Shown: piece by piece, positions 15,684 through 25,426 of the stretch
Position numbering within the stretch: the stretch's first letter is position 1
Layout of the letters: each line of letters begins with the position of its first letter
Virus record (IMG/VR): IMGVR_UViG_3300006201_000024
Strand: one strand, 5' to 3'
Length of the DNA stretch: 56,911 bases
Source: a virus
Translations under genes and position numbers: made by a program
The notes under the pieces: generated by a model
The model's input: the letters and a program-made list of their open reading frames with translations, nothing else
What the model was told of the DNA's origin: nothing
The model's database searches: none

Positions 15684-17951
15684 GTGGTTGATTATGAATA
15701 TGGTGCGCTTTTCAATGACGATAGCGTAAAAAAAGAAATCATAATTAAATATGGAAATATAACTATCACGAACGAAGATTTATTTAACCAAGAGCTTGAG
15801 CTAGACGAAAGCCTTTGCAGTGAAGAACATTTAAAGTTCGGTTCGTGCGAGGCATCTGTCATTAAGTTCAGGGTTGCGAATATCGTGTCTCCAGTCAAGG
15901 GCAGCTGGATATCCGTTGGAATTGCTATAGATGGGCACACAGATAACCCGCTTTCGCTTGGAAGATACAAGGTCGAATCAGACAAGCCGACATCTGACAG
16001 GAAGTGGCGTGAAATTGTTGCTTATGATTCGCTGTACTACATGATAAACGATGAAGTTTTGGCATGGTACAACAGCGTTCTTCCAAACAAAGACACATCC
16101 ATGCAGCTGTCGCAGTTTAGAAAACTGTTTCTGCAGAAATATGGGGTGCAGGAAGAAATTGGCGATCCGTTGGTAAATGATGGAATGACCGTAACGCGAA
16201 CCATTGACCCGGACGAACTTAGCGGAGCAAAAGTCATAACGGCGATCTGTGAACTGAACGGGTGTTTTGGGCATATTGACAGAAACGGGAAATTTAAAAG
16301 CGTCCAGTTAATCCAAGGCATTAAAGGTCTATACCCAAGGAATGATCTTTATCCGGCAGATGACCTATACCCAAGAGACCCGAAGTCAACTCCGATCGGA
16401 AAAGGAATCTATATTTCGTGCGAGTATGAAGATTTTACCGTAAACAGCATAACCGGGATTGACATATACAAGGAAGAAAATTCTTTGGGTGTAAGTTCTG
16501 GAAGTTCTGAAAACAAATATGTGGTGGAAGACAATTTTCTGGTTTATGGCAAACAAGAGCAGGAATTGCGCATCATTGCAAACAACCTGCTGTCTGCAAT
16601 AAGAGGGTTAGATTACCGCCCGTTCGATGCTGAATGCAAAGGGAACCCGTGTTTCGAAGTCGGGGATCCGGTTAGGTTTTCAACAAAATATGAAATTGTA
16701 GAATCGTACATACTAAGCAGAACACTGAAAGGCACGCAGGCACTAAAAGACTCGTACAGTGCAGAAGGAACTGAAAAATATGAGATAAAAGTAAATTCCA
16801 CAAAGCGCGAGATGTCGCAGCTGTCCGGGAAAACTGAAGAGCTAGAAAGGGTTTCCGAAGAGCAGCAGGAATACATGGAAGACATCGGCGATGACTTGGA
16901 AGCAGAGGTAGAACGCGCCAAATCCGCAGAGGAAAGCATCAACGCAAGGGTTGAAGTTGTTAACAACAATATAACGCTTGAAGTGACAAGGGCTAAAAGC
17001 GCAGAGGAAACATTGTCCGGCAGGATCAGCATAACTGAATCAAATATAGATCTTGAGGTGCGGAGAGCAAAAGGAGCTGAAGAGGAACTGTACTCAAGGA
17101 TCAGCCTGACAGAAAGCAGCATAACCGCAGAGGTAAGCCGTGCCACGCAGGCCGAAGGCCAACTGTCATCCAGAATTTCAATTACTGCTGACCAGATCAG
17201 CACAAAAGTAACTGCAGGAGAGGTAACGAGCCTGATCGAACAGAACGCAAGGTCAATCAGGATGAAGGCGGATGCGATCGTCATAAACTCGACATATTTT
17301 TCCGTCGACCAGTACGGGGTGATCGACGCACAGAGCGGAACAATCGGGCCGTTTTCCCTGACCAACAACGGGTTTTCCGGGCCGGGAATTTACGTGACGG
17401 GCAGTCAGCTGTGGGTAAACAATATCACGGCACGGACTGGAAACACAGTCAACCTGCAGGGAAATCTCGAGATCAATGATAACCTGACAGCAAACGCTAA
17501 TGTAAAATTTGCAGGGGTATATTACAATACCACATCCGGTGATGCAAATGTGCATATAGGCAGCGCGGGAAACCTGAGCACCAAGAGCGGGTCATCCAGA
17601 AAATGGAAACACGCCATCGGCCCCATATCCGACAGCAGCATAGACCCGCACAGGCTGTACAGCACAAGAACATGCGAATTTATATACAATGATGATTATT
17701 TATCAAAATCTGACCATAGGAGCGGCAGGAAAATACCGGGGTTCATAATTGAAAACCTAGAAAAGGACTATCCAATAGCGGTAGACTATGACAAAAACGG
17801 AAATCTCGCCACGTGGTCTCCTAGCATGTTTATAGCTCCAATGATCGTCCTCATACAGGAGCAAAAAAAAGAAATAGACAAATTAAAGGCCGGAATGTCA
17901 ATGCTGATGTCTTTATACGGCCAGAGTGCAAGGAGGAATTTATTATGTTAA
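15684..17951 (+). CDS. Tail tip/fibre protein with C-terminal intramolecular-chaperone (peptidase S74-like) domain
   Basis: 755 aa; three repeats (LEVTRAKSAEETLSGRISITES..); C-terminus GSSRKWKH....GFIIENLEKDYPIAV....MIVLIQEQKKEIDKLK. Confidence 0.7.
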   Translation: MVDYEYGALFNDDSVKKEIIIKYGNITITNEDLFNQELELDESLCSEEHLKFGSCEASVIKFRVANIVSPVKGSWISVGIAIDGHTDNPLSLGRYKVESDKPTSDRKWREIVAYDSLYYMINDEVLAWYNSVLPNKDTSMQLSQFRKLFLQKYGVQEEIGDPLVNDGMTVTRTIDPDELSGAKVITAICELNGCFGHIDRNGKFKSVQLIQGIKGLYPRNDLYPADDLYPRDPKSTPIGKGIYISCEYEDFTVNSITGIDIYKEENSLGVSSGSSENKYVVEDNFLVYGKQEQELRIIANNLLSAIRGLDYRPFDAECKGNPCFEVGDPVRFSTKYEIVESYILSRTLKGTQALKDSYSAEGTEKYEIKVNSTKREMSQLSGKTEELERVSEEQQEYMEDIGDDLEAEVERAKSAEESINARVEVVNNNITLEVTRAKSAEETLSGRISITESNIDLEVRRAKGAEEELYSRISLTESSITAEVSRATQAEGQLSSRISITADQISTKVTAGEVTSLIEQNARSIRMKADAIVINSTYFSVDQYGVIDAQSGTIGPFSLTNNGFSGPGIYVTGSQLWVNNITARTGNTVNLQGNLEINDNLTANANVKFAGVYYNTTSGDANVHIGSAGNLSTKSGSSRKWKHAIGPISDSSIDPHRLYSTRTCEFIYNDDYLSKSDHRSGRKIPGFIIENLEKDYPIAVDYDKNGNLATWSPSMFIAPMIVLIQEQKKEIDKLKAGMSMLMSLYGQSARRNLLC

Positions 17952-18196
17952 AACAAGGTTCGAAAACTGTAAATATGAGTGCCATTTCAATGGTTGAGAT
18001 TGACGAAAAAACGAATACCGGAGTTCCGGTTATGTATATGACAGGCGTAATAAATTCTGCCGAGAATCGGTTTGATACAAATGCATCTGTTCAGAACCCA
18101 GAGCTTTATGATAAATATTATGATCAGGTAGAGAGTGACTATGCAGAATTTCGCAAAAATGTAAAAGAAGAATGCGATAAGATGCTGCAGAGTTAA
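17945..18196 (+). CDS. Hypothetical protein
   Basis: 83-aa ORF overlapping the upstream stop. Confidence 0.5.
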   Translation: MLKQGSKTVNMSAISMVEIDEKTNTGVPVMYMTGVINSAENRFDTNASVQNPELYDKYYDQVESDYAEFRKNVKEECDKMLQS

Positions 18197-18211
18197 AAGA
18201 AGGTGATTTTC

Positions 18212-19111
18212 ATGCAAAAAGCGCACAGTAATATAAACTGGGAAAATTTTCCTAGCATTAACACACCTATCAATGAACAAAATCTGAACAAAATGGACAA
18301 TGCTATTGATACGATTGACGACCGTGTAATAGCACTTGATACATCTAAATTTAATTTATCTGATGCGCAAGAGCTTATAAAAAGTCTGACATTCGACCGC
18401 GTAAACGGAGTATTTACAATTACATATTTTAATGGTTCCACTGCAACCATTGACACAATGTTGGAAAAACTTGCGGTTAATTTTGATTTTGATGAAGATG
18501 CACAGCAGCTTATCATTACCCTTGACGATGGGACAGAAAAACGTGTTGATCTATCTGCATTTATAAAGCCGATCGAGTTTATCGACAGCGGAACGATTGC
18601 ATGGCAGCTGTTGGATGGTGGGCAGGTAAGCGCGATCGTCAAAGAGGGCAGCATTGAGGAAAAGCACCTGCAACCCAATTATTTGGCAGACATAAAAGTA
18701 GAGTCTGCAAAAGCAGAATCTTCCGCAGCAGCTTCTGTTCAAAGCGCAGAAGAAGCAGAATTTTCTGCAAAGATGGCCGAGTCTCACAACCACGGCGGCA
18801 CAGGCATCCGAGATGGCGAAGACACTGATAATTCAAAATACTGGAGTGAACAGTCTAAGGATTTTAGGGACAAAACAGAGCAGGCCGGGATTGATGCGGT
18901 TAAAAACATTGATGACGCAGAAGCTGATGCCATTAAAAATATTGACGATGCAGAAGCGGATGCCATGAAGACAATAGAAAACGCCCTGTCGCTTGCAAAG
19001 CCTAATTTTTTATTTAATCCGGATGATGGATGTCTATACGGAGAAGGCGGAAGATTTGTTTTTTCATTGAATGAAGATACTATGGAATTGGAATGGGGGT
19101 TGGCACTTTGA
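18212..19111 (+). CDS. Tail fibre/baseplate upper protein-like
   Basis: N-terminus NINWENFPSINTPINEQNLNKMDNAI is typical of BppU-like fibre proteins; tandem IDDAEADA-x-K repeat at 18903-18965. Confidence 0.6.
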   Translation: MQKAHSNINWENFPSINTPINEQNLNKMDNAIDTIDDRVIALDTSKFNLSDAQELIKSLTFDRVNGVFTITYFNGSTATIDTMLEKLAVNFDFDEDAQQLIITLDDGTEKRVDLSAFIKPIEFIDSGTIAWQLLDGGQVSAIVKEGSIEEKHLQPNYLADIKVESAKAESSAAASVQSAEEAEFSAKMAESHNHGGTGIRDGEDTDNSKYWSEQSKDFRDKTEQAGIDAVKNIDDAEADAIKNIDDAEADAMKTIENALSLAKPNFLFNPDDGCLYGEGGRFVFSLNEDTMELEWGLAL

Positions 19112-20271
19112 ATCTGATAGGAAGAATCGCACCGGTTTTTAAGGCAAATTATGCCGCTGATACGGCGTATAAAAAACTAGATGTTGTTCTGTACGAATAT
19201 TCCCTGTGGCTTGCATTGCAGGATACGGCAGGAAATGCCCCGCCCGGCATCCCTGAAAATGCCGACCTGACACAGCCGATCAAAAACGACTACTGGCAGC
19301 TGTACATACCGGGAGCGCAGGTGGCCGGAGGAGAAAGTTTTGTTTCGAAGACAGACATAGCACAGGCTCCGACCGAAACCGATCCCGGAAAACTAGGCAT
19401 TTCCAGGCCAGACGGCGAAACAATCACAATCGACGAAGACGGCACCCTGCACGGAGCATCCTTGGATTTTGTCGGTACGGCAGCAGAATTAAAGGCGGCA
19501 ATTGCAGCAGGAAACGTCAAGGCAGGCATGACGGCATTTATCCGGCAGGGCGATATAGATGGAGAAGGAATGCTCGTCGAGGTCACGGAAGGCACGGGAA
19601 TGAGCATGATAGGCAAGGTCGAGGGCGGGAAATTCGTGCCGTATGCATCCATGGGAGACAAGCAGAAGGGCGTTCCGCTGTTTGTTTTTGATGATAAAGC
19701 TGCATGGCAGGAAGAATACGACGCAGGCAACGTGCCGGACGGCTCGGTAATCATACTGCTAAGAGACGAAGAGGGCGACGGATCTGGAACATATGTCACT
19801 GTTGACGGGGAATTAAGCCTCGAATCCGAAAATCCGGTGCAGAACAAGGTGATCACGCGGGAATTTGAAGACGTAAAAGCGATGAGAGGGTCAGAAACTG
19901 GGTACGGAATGGTGAAGCTGTCATCAGCGGCAGATGTGACAGACAGCGCAGGGCTTGCAGTACCGGCCAGTGAGCTTAATGCTGTCTTGGAAGGTACTGT
20001 GGCGAATAAATTAAAAAAGCTTGAGCAAAACCACGAAGAGTCTGCCAAGCTAAGCCAGAACAATGTTTTTACCGGAGGCAACACCTTTAAAGATGTATGC
20101 CCTTGGTTTACAAGTGAAACAAGGCAGGAAACCATACACTTGCAGTCATACGGTAGTCAAATGCCGATGATAGGATTTAATTGCAACGATATTATAGACG
20201 GATATCTATACATGAATGCGTCAGGAAATTTGATTTTTAGAGTATTTGGAGTTGAACATAGATTAGCTTAA
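19093..20271 (+). CDS. Tail fibre protein
   Basis: 392 aa; contains ELSLESENPVQNKVITREF and GYGMVKLSS..DVTDSAGLAVPASELN..GT, motifs shared with the downstream cassettes. Confidence 0.75.
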   Translation: MGVGTLNLIGRIAPVFKANYAADTAYKKLDVVLYEYSLWLALQDTAGNAPPGIPENADLTQPIKNDYWQLYIPGAQVAGGESFVSKTDIAQAPTETDPGKLGISRPDGETITIDEDGTLHGASLDFVGTAAELKAAIAAGNVKAGMTAFIRQGDIDGEGMLVEVTEGTGMSMIGKVEGGKFVPYASMGDKQKGVPLFVFDDKAAWQEEYDAGNVPDGSVIILLRDEEGDGSGTYVTVDGELSLESENPVQNKVITREFEDVKAMRGSETGYGMVKLSSAADVTDSAGLAVPASELNAVLEGTVANKLKKLEQNHEESAKLSQNNVFTGGNTFKDVCPWFTSETRQETIHLQSYGSQMPMIGFNCNDIIDGYLYMNASGNLIFRVFGVEHRLA

Positions 20272-20290
20272 GATTGATCGAGGTTATAAA

Positions 20291-20785
20291 ATGAGCATAA
20301 ACCAACAACAAAACGGATACCTGCATAACGTGGGAGGATATTATGTGCCGACGGACAGCGAGCTTTCCCTTGAGAGCAGAAATGCTCCACAGAACAGGGC
20401 GGTTACAGAAGAGTTTTGGAAGATCGAACGCGCCCTGTGCATGGAGAAAAACGGACTGAAAGAAATTGCATTCTTGAACAGTGACAGATACGAAATCGAA
20501 GACCGTTCAGAATCTCACGTATTTGTAAGGAACGGTCTTGCCATTGTCCAGATCAATTATGTAATTGTAAAAGACGCCGTTCCTTTAGGAGAAACGATTG
20601 CTCTGTGTTCTGGGCTGCCCGTACCGATGTTCACAAATGAATGGCACGCGTTTTCGCCTTCTTATACTAGGGAAGGGGAGCAGCTGCATATTCTGGTGGA
20701 CGGCAGCGGAAACCTCATTGCATACGGAGGAGCCAACGGAATTGGATACAGGATATCTTTTCCATATTTTATTAAAATCAGTTGA
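20291..20785 (+). CDS. Fibre-tip cassette 0 (no homopolymer; intact)
   Basis: The leader-like N-terminus MSINQQQNGYLHNVGG is encoded by an interrupted G run (GTGGGAGGA); ELSLESRNAPQNRAVTEEF motif. Confidence 0.75.
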   Translation: MSINQQQNGYLHNVGGYYVPTDSELSLESRNAPQNRAVTEEFWKIERALCMEKNGLKEIAFLNSDRYEIEDRSESHVFVRNGLAIVQINYVIVKDAVPLGETIALCSGLPVPMFTNEWHAFSPSYTREGEQLHILVDGSGNLIAYGGANGIGYRISFPYFIKIS

Positions 20786-20804
20786 TAACAGGAGGCGAGA
20801 TTAA

Positions 20805-21444
20805 ATGATATATCAACAGACGGGTGGATCGCTTTCTAAAATTTCTCTGGGGGGGGGCAATCCAAGAATTTGAGAAGCGAATAAAAGAACTGGAGAGAGC
20901 GGATGAAGAAATTTTAGACAGGATATCTAGCGCAGAAAACAGCACCCCGATAGGAACCGTCATCTCTTTTATTGGAACAACCGCGCCGGAAGGATACCTT
21001 GACTGTGACGGAGGAATACACAGCATTAACGCATATTCACAGTTGGCTGAGCACTTTAGGGCTAATTTCGGGGTTGTGAATTATTTTGGCGGAGATGGCA
21101 CGACAACCTTTGCTGTGCCAGATCTGCGCGGAGAATTTTTGCGGGGAAGTGGAACGGCCGCGCGAAACACAGGAACCGGAGCAGCAGTCGGAGTACATCA
21201 GGATCCGACAAGCGTACCTTATATATTTGACACTCCCGATGCAGAAACTATTTTCATGAAATCTGATTTGGGATATGGAAATTATATAAGCAACGGAGAT
21301 TCATACAAGGGCGCAGATACACCCGTTAAACTATATCAAATCATGCCTGATCATGTATATGGCGACAATATATCTGATCGAATCAGTGCCACGATCAGGC
21401 CGACCAATACGGCGGTCATGTACTGCATAAAAGCCAAAAATTAA
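20805..21444 (+). CDS. Fibre-tip cassette 1, tail-collar domain; out of frame at G9 (phase OFF)
   Basis: AGGAGG plus ATG20805 reads MIYQQTGGSLSKISLGGG, then stops at 20871; the body is in the +1 frame to 21444 (GTTAPEGYLDCDG...FAVPDLRGEF collar motif); G8 would fuse them. Confidence 0.7.
20849..20857 (+). repeat. Poly-G tract, G9 (cassette 1)
   Basis: ctctGGGGGGGGGcaat. Confidence 0.95.
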
Positions 21445-21461
21445 AAAAGGAGTGTGTTGTC

Positions 21462-22040
21462 ATGGGAATGTACATACAGCGTGAAGGGAGTCTTAAACAA
21501 ATTGGGTGGGGGGGGGTATGCGATGAGGTCGTTAAAAGAATTGAAAGCATAGAAGATTCGCGCGGGGACAGCGAAACGTATGGGCTTGTAAGGCTGTGCG
21601 GGCTTTCCAGTGTTACAGAAAGCATGGGGCTTGCACTTCCCGCTTCAGAAAAGAATCCGGCAACTGAGGGGACACTGGCCCACAAAATAGAGATGCTGCA
21701 AAAAATAGAAAACGCATCCATACAGCTGGGGGAAGATGTAAAAGGCAATTCAATCAGGGGCGAAACGGCCGTAAGGATCGGGAATGCCGTGCATGTATCT
21801 ATTGACATAGTATTCAACAGTGGGATAGTTCCCGAGCTTAAAAAAGAGGTCAGGCTTGCAAAAATCAGCATTCCTCCTGCTGTTCTGACAACGTTTTACA
21901 TGATTGATTTAAATATGGATCGCACTGCAATCAAGGTCAGCGGCACAGGGTACATAACAACAGACGGAGACGTTATCGGGACATTTTTTTCGGCTGCGAC
22001 ATGGGATACGTACATATTTTTTTCATACCCCGCTGCATAG
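21462..22040 (+). CDS. Fibre-tip cassette 2; in frame through G9 (phase ON)
   Basis: AAGGAG plus ATG21462; MGMYIQREGSLKQIGWGGV..SETYGLVRLC..VTESMGLALPASEKNPATEGTLA; unique C-terminus. Confidence 0.8.
   Translation: MGMYIQREGSLKQIGWGGVCDEVVKRIESIEDSRGDSETYGLVRLCGLSSVTESMGLALPASEKNPATEGTLAHKIEMLQKIENASIQLGEDVKGNSIRGETAVRIGNAVHVSIDIVFNSGIVPELKKEVRLAKISIPPAVLTTFYMIDLNMDRTAIKVSGTGYITTDGDVIGTFFSAATWDTYIFFSYPAA
21508..21516 (+). repeat. Poly-G tract, G9 (cassette 2)
   Basis: gggtGGGGGGGGGtatg. Confidence 0.95.
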
Positions 22041-22064
22041 GCAATAACAGCAAAAGGAGAAATT

Positions 22065-22627
22065 ATGGGAATATATATACAAAGAGCAGGAGCGCTCAGC
22101 CTGGTTGGGGGGGCGCGGGAGCGTGGAAAGAGGTTGAGCAGATAAAAGATTCCATGCAGGATGCACTGGGCAGGATAGAACAGATAGAGCGCCCTGCCAC
22201 CGAAGACCATGCCGGAATCGTAAGATTGTGCAGGCTTGCTGATGTGACAAAATCAGACGGGTTGGCCCTTCCGTCATCCGAGAAAAATCCCGGAATACAG
22301 GGGACGCTGGCAGAGCAGATATCTAAAAATAAAGAAGCAATAAACGACCTGACATATTACGACAGCGTGACATATGACGGCCTTTCAACAATAGATGCGC
22401 TGAAAGAATATGTCACGCATGACAGGATCAAAGATAAAACACACAGGATCGCATGGATATACAACAGAGATGGCCTTATATTTGCTGACATTTCGCGTGA
22501 CGGAATATATATATTAGGGATTTCTATGTTTTTCACGCAAGCAGCTGCATATATAAAGTTTTTTGTTAACAACCAATCGCGCTTCTATTTGTACGATGTG
22601 CCGTTTACGGAGACGATCATCCAATGA
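22065..22627 (+). CDS. Fibre-tip cassette 3; out of frame at G7 (phase OFF)
   Basis: AAGGAGA plus ATG22065 reads MGIYIQRAGALSLVGG, then stops at 22143; the body is in the -1 frame to 22627 (AGIVRLC..VTKSDGLALPSSEKNPGIQGTLA); G8 would fuse them. Confidence 0.7.
22107..22113 (+). repeat. Poly-G tract, G7 (cassette 3)
   Basis: ggttGGGGGGGcgcg. Confidence 0.95.
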
Positions 22628-22665
22628 CACAGTAAAATTAAATTAATATTTAAGGAGATGTTTAT

Positions 22666-23254
22666 TTGGGAATATATGTACAGAAAAATGGAACCCTTAA
22701 TTTTGTTGGGGGGGGGTAGAAACGATCAGGAAACTGCACAGATAAAGGAGATGCTGCAGGATGTGCAGGACAGGACAAGCCGGATAGAAACGCTAGAGGC
22801 AACAAATACAGAACGCGGAATGGTTAAATTATGCAGCCGCGAAGATGTTACGGAGAGTGCAGGGCTTGCACTTCCTGCGAGCGAGAAAAATTCTGCCGTG
22901 CAGGGAACGCTTGCGCACAGGATAAGCCTTTTGGACAGGATTCTAGTGCCGGATCTCAGCAAAAGGTTCATTATCAAACCCTTTCCTTATACGGCACTTG
23001 AAAACGGATTTGTACAGTGCTACATGAGGGCACAGCCGCAACGTGCGTACTGCCTGCACATACTTGTAAATGGAGTTCTTGTTTATGGCTATTCGCACTA
23101 TTCAATCGGAGTAGATGACATAGCCATGTCACCCGCGATCAACGTAGAAAAAGGGGACGAAATAAATTGGAGAATGAATGCGGGTGGAACAGTATACGAG
23201 TTGGAATCGTGGTTTCTCCCGATAAAAAAAGTGAGCATTCAAGATTCGCCGTAA
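22666..23254 (+). CDS. Fibre-tip cassette 4; out of frame at G9 from the homologous TTG start (phase OFF)
   Basis: AGGAG, 8 nt, then TTG22666 reads LGIYVQKNGTLNFVGGG, then TAG at 22717; the body is in the +1 frame to 23254 (RGMVKLC..VTESAGLALPASEKNSAVQGTLA); G8 would fuse them. Confidence 0.65.
22708..22716 (+). repeat. Poly-G tract, G9 (cassette 4)
   Basis: tgttGGGGGGGGGtaga. Confidence 0.95.
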
Positions 23255-23285
23255 TGAAAAAGCTAAAGGAGGAATGGATTTCAAA

Positions 23286-23892
23286 ATGTATATACAAAAA
23301 TCAGGCGCCCTGATTCCTGTAGGGGGGGGGCAGTGAAATTGCAGAAATCAGGAAGATGCTCGAAGATGCAGAAGAAAGGATAAGCCGCATTGAGGTTTCA
23401 AGGGCTTCGGAAACGGAATACGGGATGGCAAGGATTTCATCATCATCCAATGTCACAGAAGAGAATGGAATCGCGCTGCCCGCAAGAGAGAAAAACGCCG
23501 CATTAGAAGGAACGATTGCGTATGAGATCAATCGTCTAGAATCGGCGCTGCCTGTAAAACAGGTGATTTTTAGAGGGGTCTCGAAGGGGATTACATATGA
23601 AATATCAGTATATGGAAAAATCGCAGTCTATTCCATCTACGCTGACGAATCTCTAGAAGAGGTCGTCCCGTCCGGGAGCTGGTACACGTTTGCCCCGGAA
23701 AAAGTAATCCCTAGCAAATACCGGCCGAAAGACAAGCGCGTGTACAACAATAGCTTTGTAACAATCATAGGAAAAAGTATGGCCTTGATAGGCATGAACC
23801 CTACAGATGGGTGGTTTGGTCTTGGGTGGGTGTATGATTCAATCCAAAAAAACGATAAATTTTATACACAATTGATATGGAGCTTTGATTAG
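23286..23892 (+). CDS. Fibre-tip cassette 5; out of frame at G9 (phase OFF)
   Basis: ATG23286 (or the in-frame ATG23274) reads MYIQKSGALIPVGGGQ, then stops at 23334; the body is in the +1 frame to 23892 (EYGMARIS..VTEENGIALPAREKNAALEGTIA); G8 would fuse them. Confidence 0.7.
23322..23330 (+). repeat. Poly-G tract, G9 (cassette 5)
   Basis: ctgtaGGGGGGGGGcagt. Confidence 0.95.
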
Positions 23893-23922
23893 AACTTAGG
23901 AAATTGCTATAAAGGAGATGTT

Positions 23923-24490
23923 ATGCAGATCTATCAACAGATAAATGGAGAATTAGAAAAAATCGCAGTAAATTTGCCGGGGGGGGGTGTCTGACGACCT
24001 AATTAAGAGGGTTGATGCCATAGAGTCTTCTAGATCAGATTTTGATAATTATGGGCTGACAAAACTCTGTGATCTGCCAAGCATAACGGACAGCACAGGA
24101 CTAGCCCTGCCGAGCAGCGAGAAGAACGCTGCACTTGAGGGGACTCTGGCGAATATGATAGGAAAGGCAAATGCAAGGATCGACGGAATAGGTGCTAAGT
24201 TTGCAGGATTAAAGTCTATGATAAGGCTGCCGGAAAACTATGTGATGAATTTCAATGATTTTTTGGGGCCGGGATTCTATCATCTGGGATCTCTCGCTCA
24301 GAGTCCTGCGGGAAACGCGCCGGATCTTAATGTCGGGGATTACAAGGTCGTCGCATTTAACGATAATCCCCAGTTCCAAGTCCTTGTAATGTTAAGCCCA
24401 AGAGACACTGCGCATATGTATATTGGACGTTTCTGGGCCGGAACGTTTACCGGGTGGGGCGTCATAAATTTTGATAAGCTAAATGGATAA
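23923..24490 (+). CDS. Fibre-tip cassette 6; out of frame at G9 (phase OFF)
   Basis: AAGGAG plus ATG23923 reads MQIYQQINGELEKIAVNLPGGGV, then stops at 23992; the body is in the +1 frame to 24490 (NYGLTKLC..ITDSTGLALPSSEKNAALEGTLA); G8 would fuse them. Confidence 0.7.
23979..23987 (+). repeat. Poly-G tract, G9 (cassette 6)
   Basis: tgccGGGGGGGGGtgtc. Confidence 0.95.
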
Positions 24491-24514
24491 TTGTAGGAAA
24501 AGAGAGGAAAAAAA

Positions 24515-24928
24515 ATGAAAGAATTTGTAACAGCAAACGGAAGGATTTTTGAATGCAGCAGCATAACAACGGGGATCAATTCCATTACATTGGGGATGGA
24601 AAACCAGGACGCAGACGATGTTGAAGCGTTTTTCCGGGACGTGACAGGGCTGACAGTATCATTCGAGAAAGAAAGCAGCTTATCTGGATATGCAGAAGGA
24701 GATGGACAAGAACCCGTATTGGATGATCCGCACGGTATCTATACGGAGCCAAAGTTTTCTCTCGCTTTTGAGAGCGTCACGAAGTTTGAAGATGGTTCTA
24801 TTGCTGTGACCATGCACATCAAGAGCGAAATCGAAAGACGGTTGGACGCACTGGAAGAGGGGCAGAAGATCCAGAATGGTGCTATTGCAGAGCTGGCAGG
24901 AATAAACGGAGGTGATAAACGGTGGTAG
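24515..24928 (+). CDS. Hypothetical protein (between the fibre array and the lysis genes)
   Basis: 137 aa; SD GAGAGGA; no recognisable motif. Confidence 0.6.
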   Translation: MKEFVTANGRIFECSSITTGINSITLGMENQDADDVEAFFRDVTGLTVSFEKESSLSGYAEGDGQEPVLDDPHGIYTEPKFSLAFESVTKFEDGSIAVTMHIKSEIERRLDALEEGQKIQNGAIAELAGINGGDKRW

Positions 24929-24939
24929 AATTTTACATA

Positions 24940-25062
24940 ATGATGATAAATGACGAGAACATCGGGTTTGAACCGATCGACGTCCCACCAAGGTGGAGGG
25001 AAAAAGTGATTGAGGCGATCAAATCGCGCAATGGCGCAGACGAAAAATCAGCGCTAATCTGA
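24940..25062 (+). CDS. Hypothetical small protein (40 aa)
   Basis: ORF MMINDENIGFEPIDVPPRWREKV..; weak SD; below the track cutoff. Confidence 0.3.
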   Translation: MMINDENIGFEPIDVPPRWREKVIEAIKSRNGADEKSALI

Positions 25063-25087
25063 AAACAACATTCGGGAGGAATTAAAC

Positions 25088-25417
25088 ATGGACGCGCCGA
25101 TCACAAGAATTGAACACGAAGAATTTACACGGCGAATAGAGGCCGAGAACAAAAGGCTGTCAGATGAAGATAAAAGACAGAACCGTCGCATAGATGATCT
25201 AGAAGCGGCGGTGCGGGAAATGCATTCATTAGCAGCGTCTGTCGAAAAATTAGCGATCAACATGCAGAACATGCTTAAATCTCAGGAGCAGCAGGGAGAG
25301 CGCCTTGAGCGCTTAGAGAGCAGGGATGGAGAGATGTGGAGGCAGGCAACAGGGTATATAATTACAACAATCCTAGGTGCAGTAATAGGATTTGTATTTA
25401 TGCAGATGGGAATGTAG
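25088..25417 (+). CDS. xhlA: XhlA-like lysis-associated membrane protein
   Basis: N-terminal coiled coil plus a single C-terminal TM (GYIITTILGAVIGFVFMQ); precedes the holin and amidase genes. Confidence 0.65.
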   Translation: MDAPITRIEHEEFTRRIEAENKRLSDEDKRQNRRIDDLEAAVREMHSLAASVEKLAINMQNMLKSQEQQGERLERLESRDGEMWRQATGYIITTILGAVIGFVFMQMGM

Positions 25418-25426
25418 GAGGAAAAT

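Noticed and set aside
20824-24490. ORF-track starts for the cassette bodies (GTG20824, ATG22001, ATG22658, ATG23356, GTG23987) taken as intact independent genes
   Set aside because: These starts lack a properly spaced SD. ATG22658 directly abuts AGGAG, ATG22001 lies inside cassette 2, and ATG23356 would drop the conserved region. They also ignore the conserved SD-led leader peptide found upstream of every body in another frame. The frameshift-at-G-tract interpretation explains all six loci uniformly.
20291-24490. Other known fibre-diversification systems: a diversity-generating retroelement (DGR), or a Gin/Cin-type invertible segment or shufflon
   Set aside because: No reverse transcriptase ORF or template/variable repeat pair was seen. 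No serine invertase gene is present. All cassettes are in the same orientation without flanking inverted repeats.
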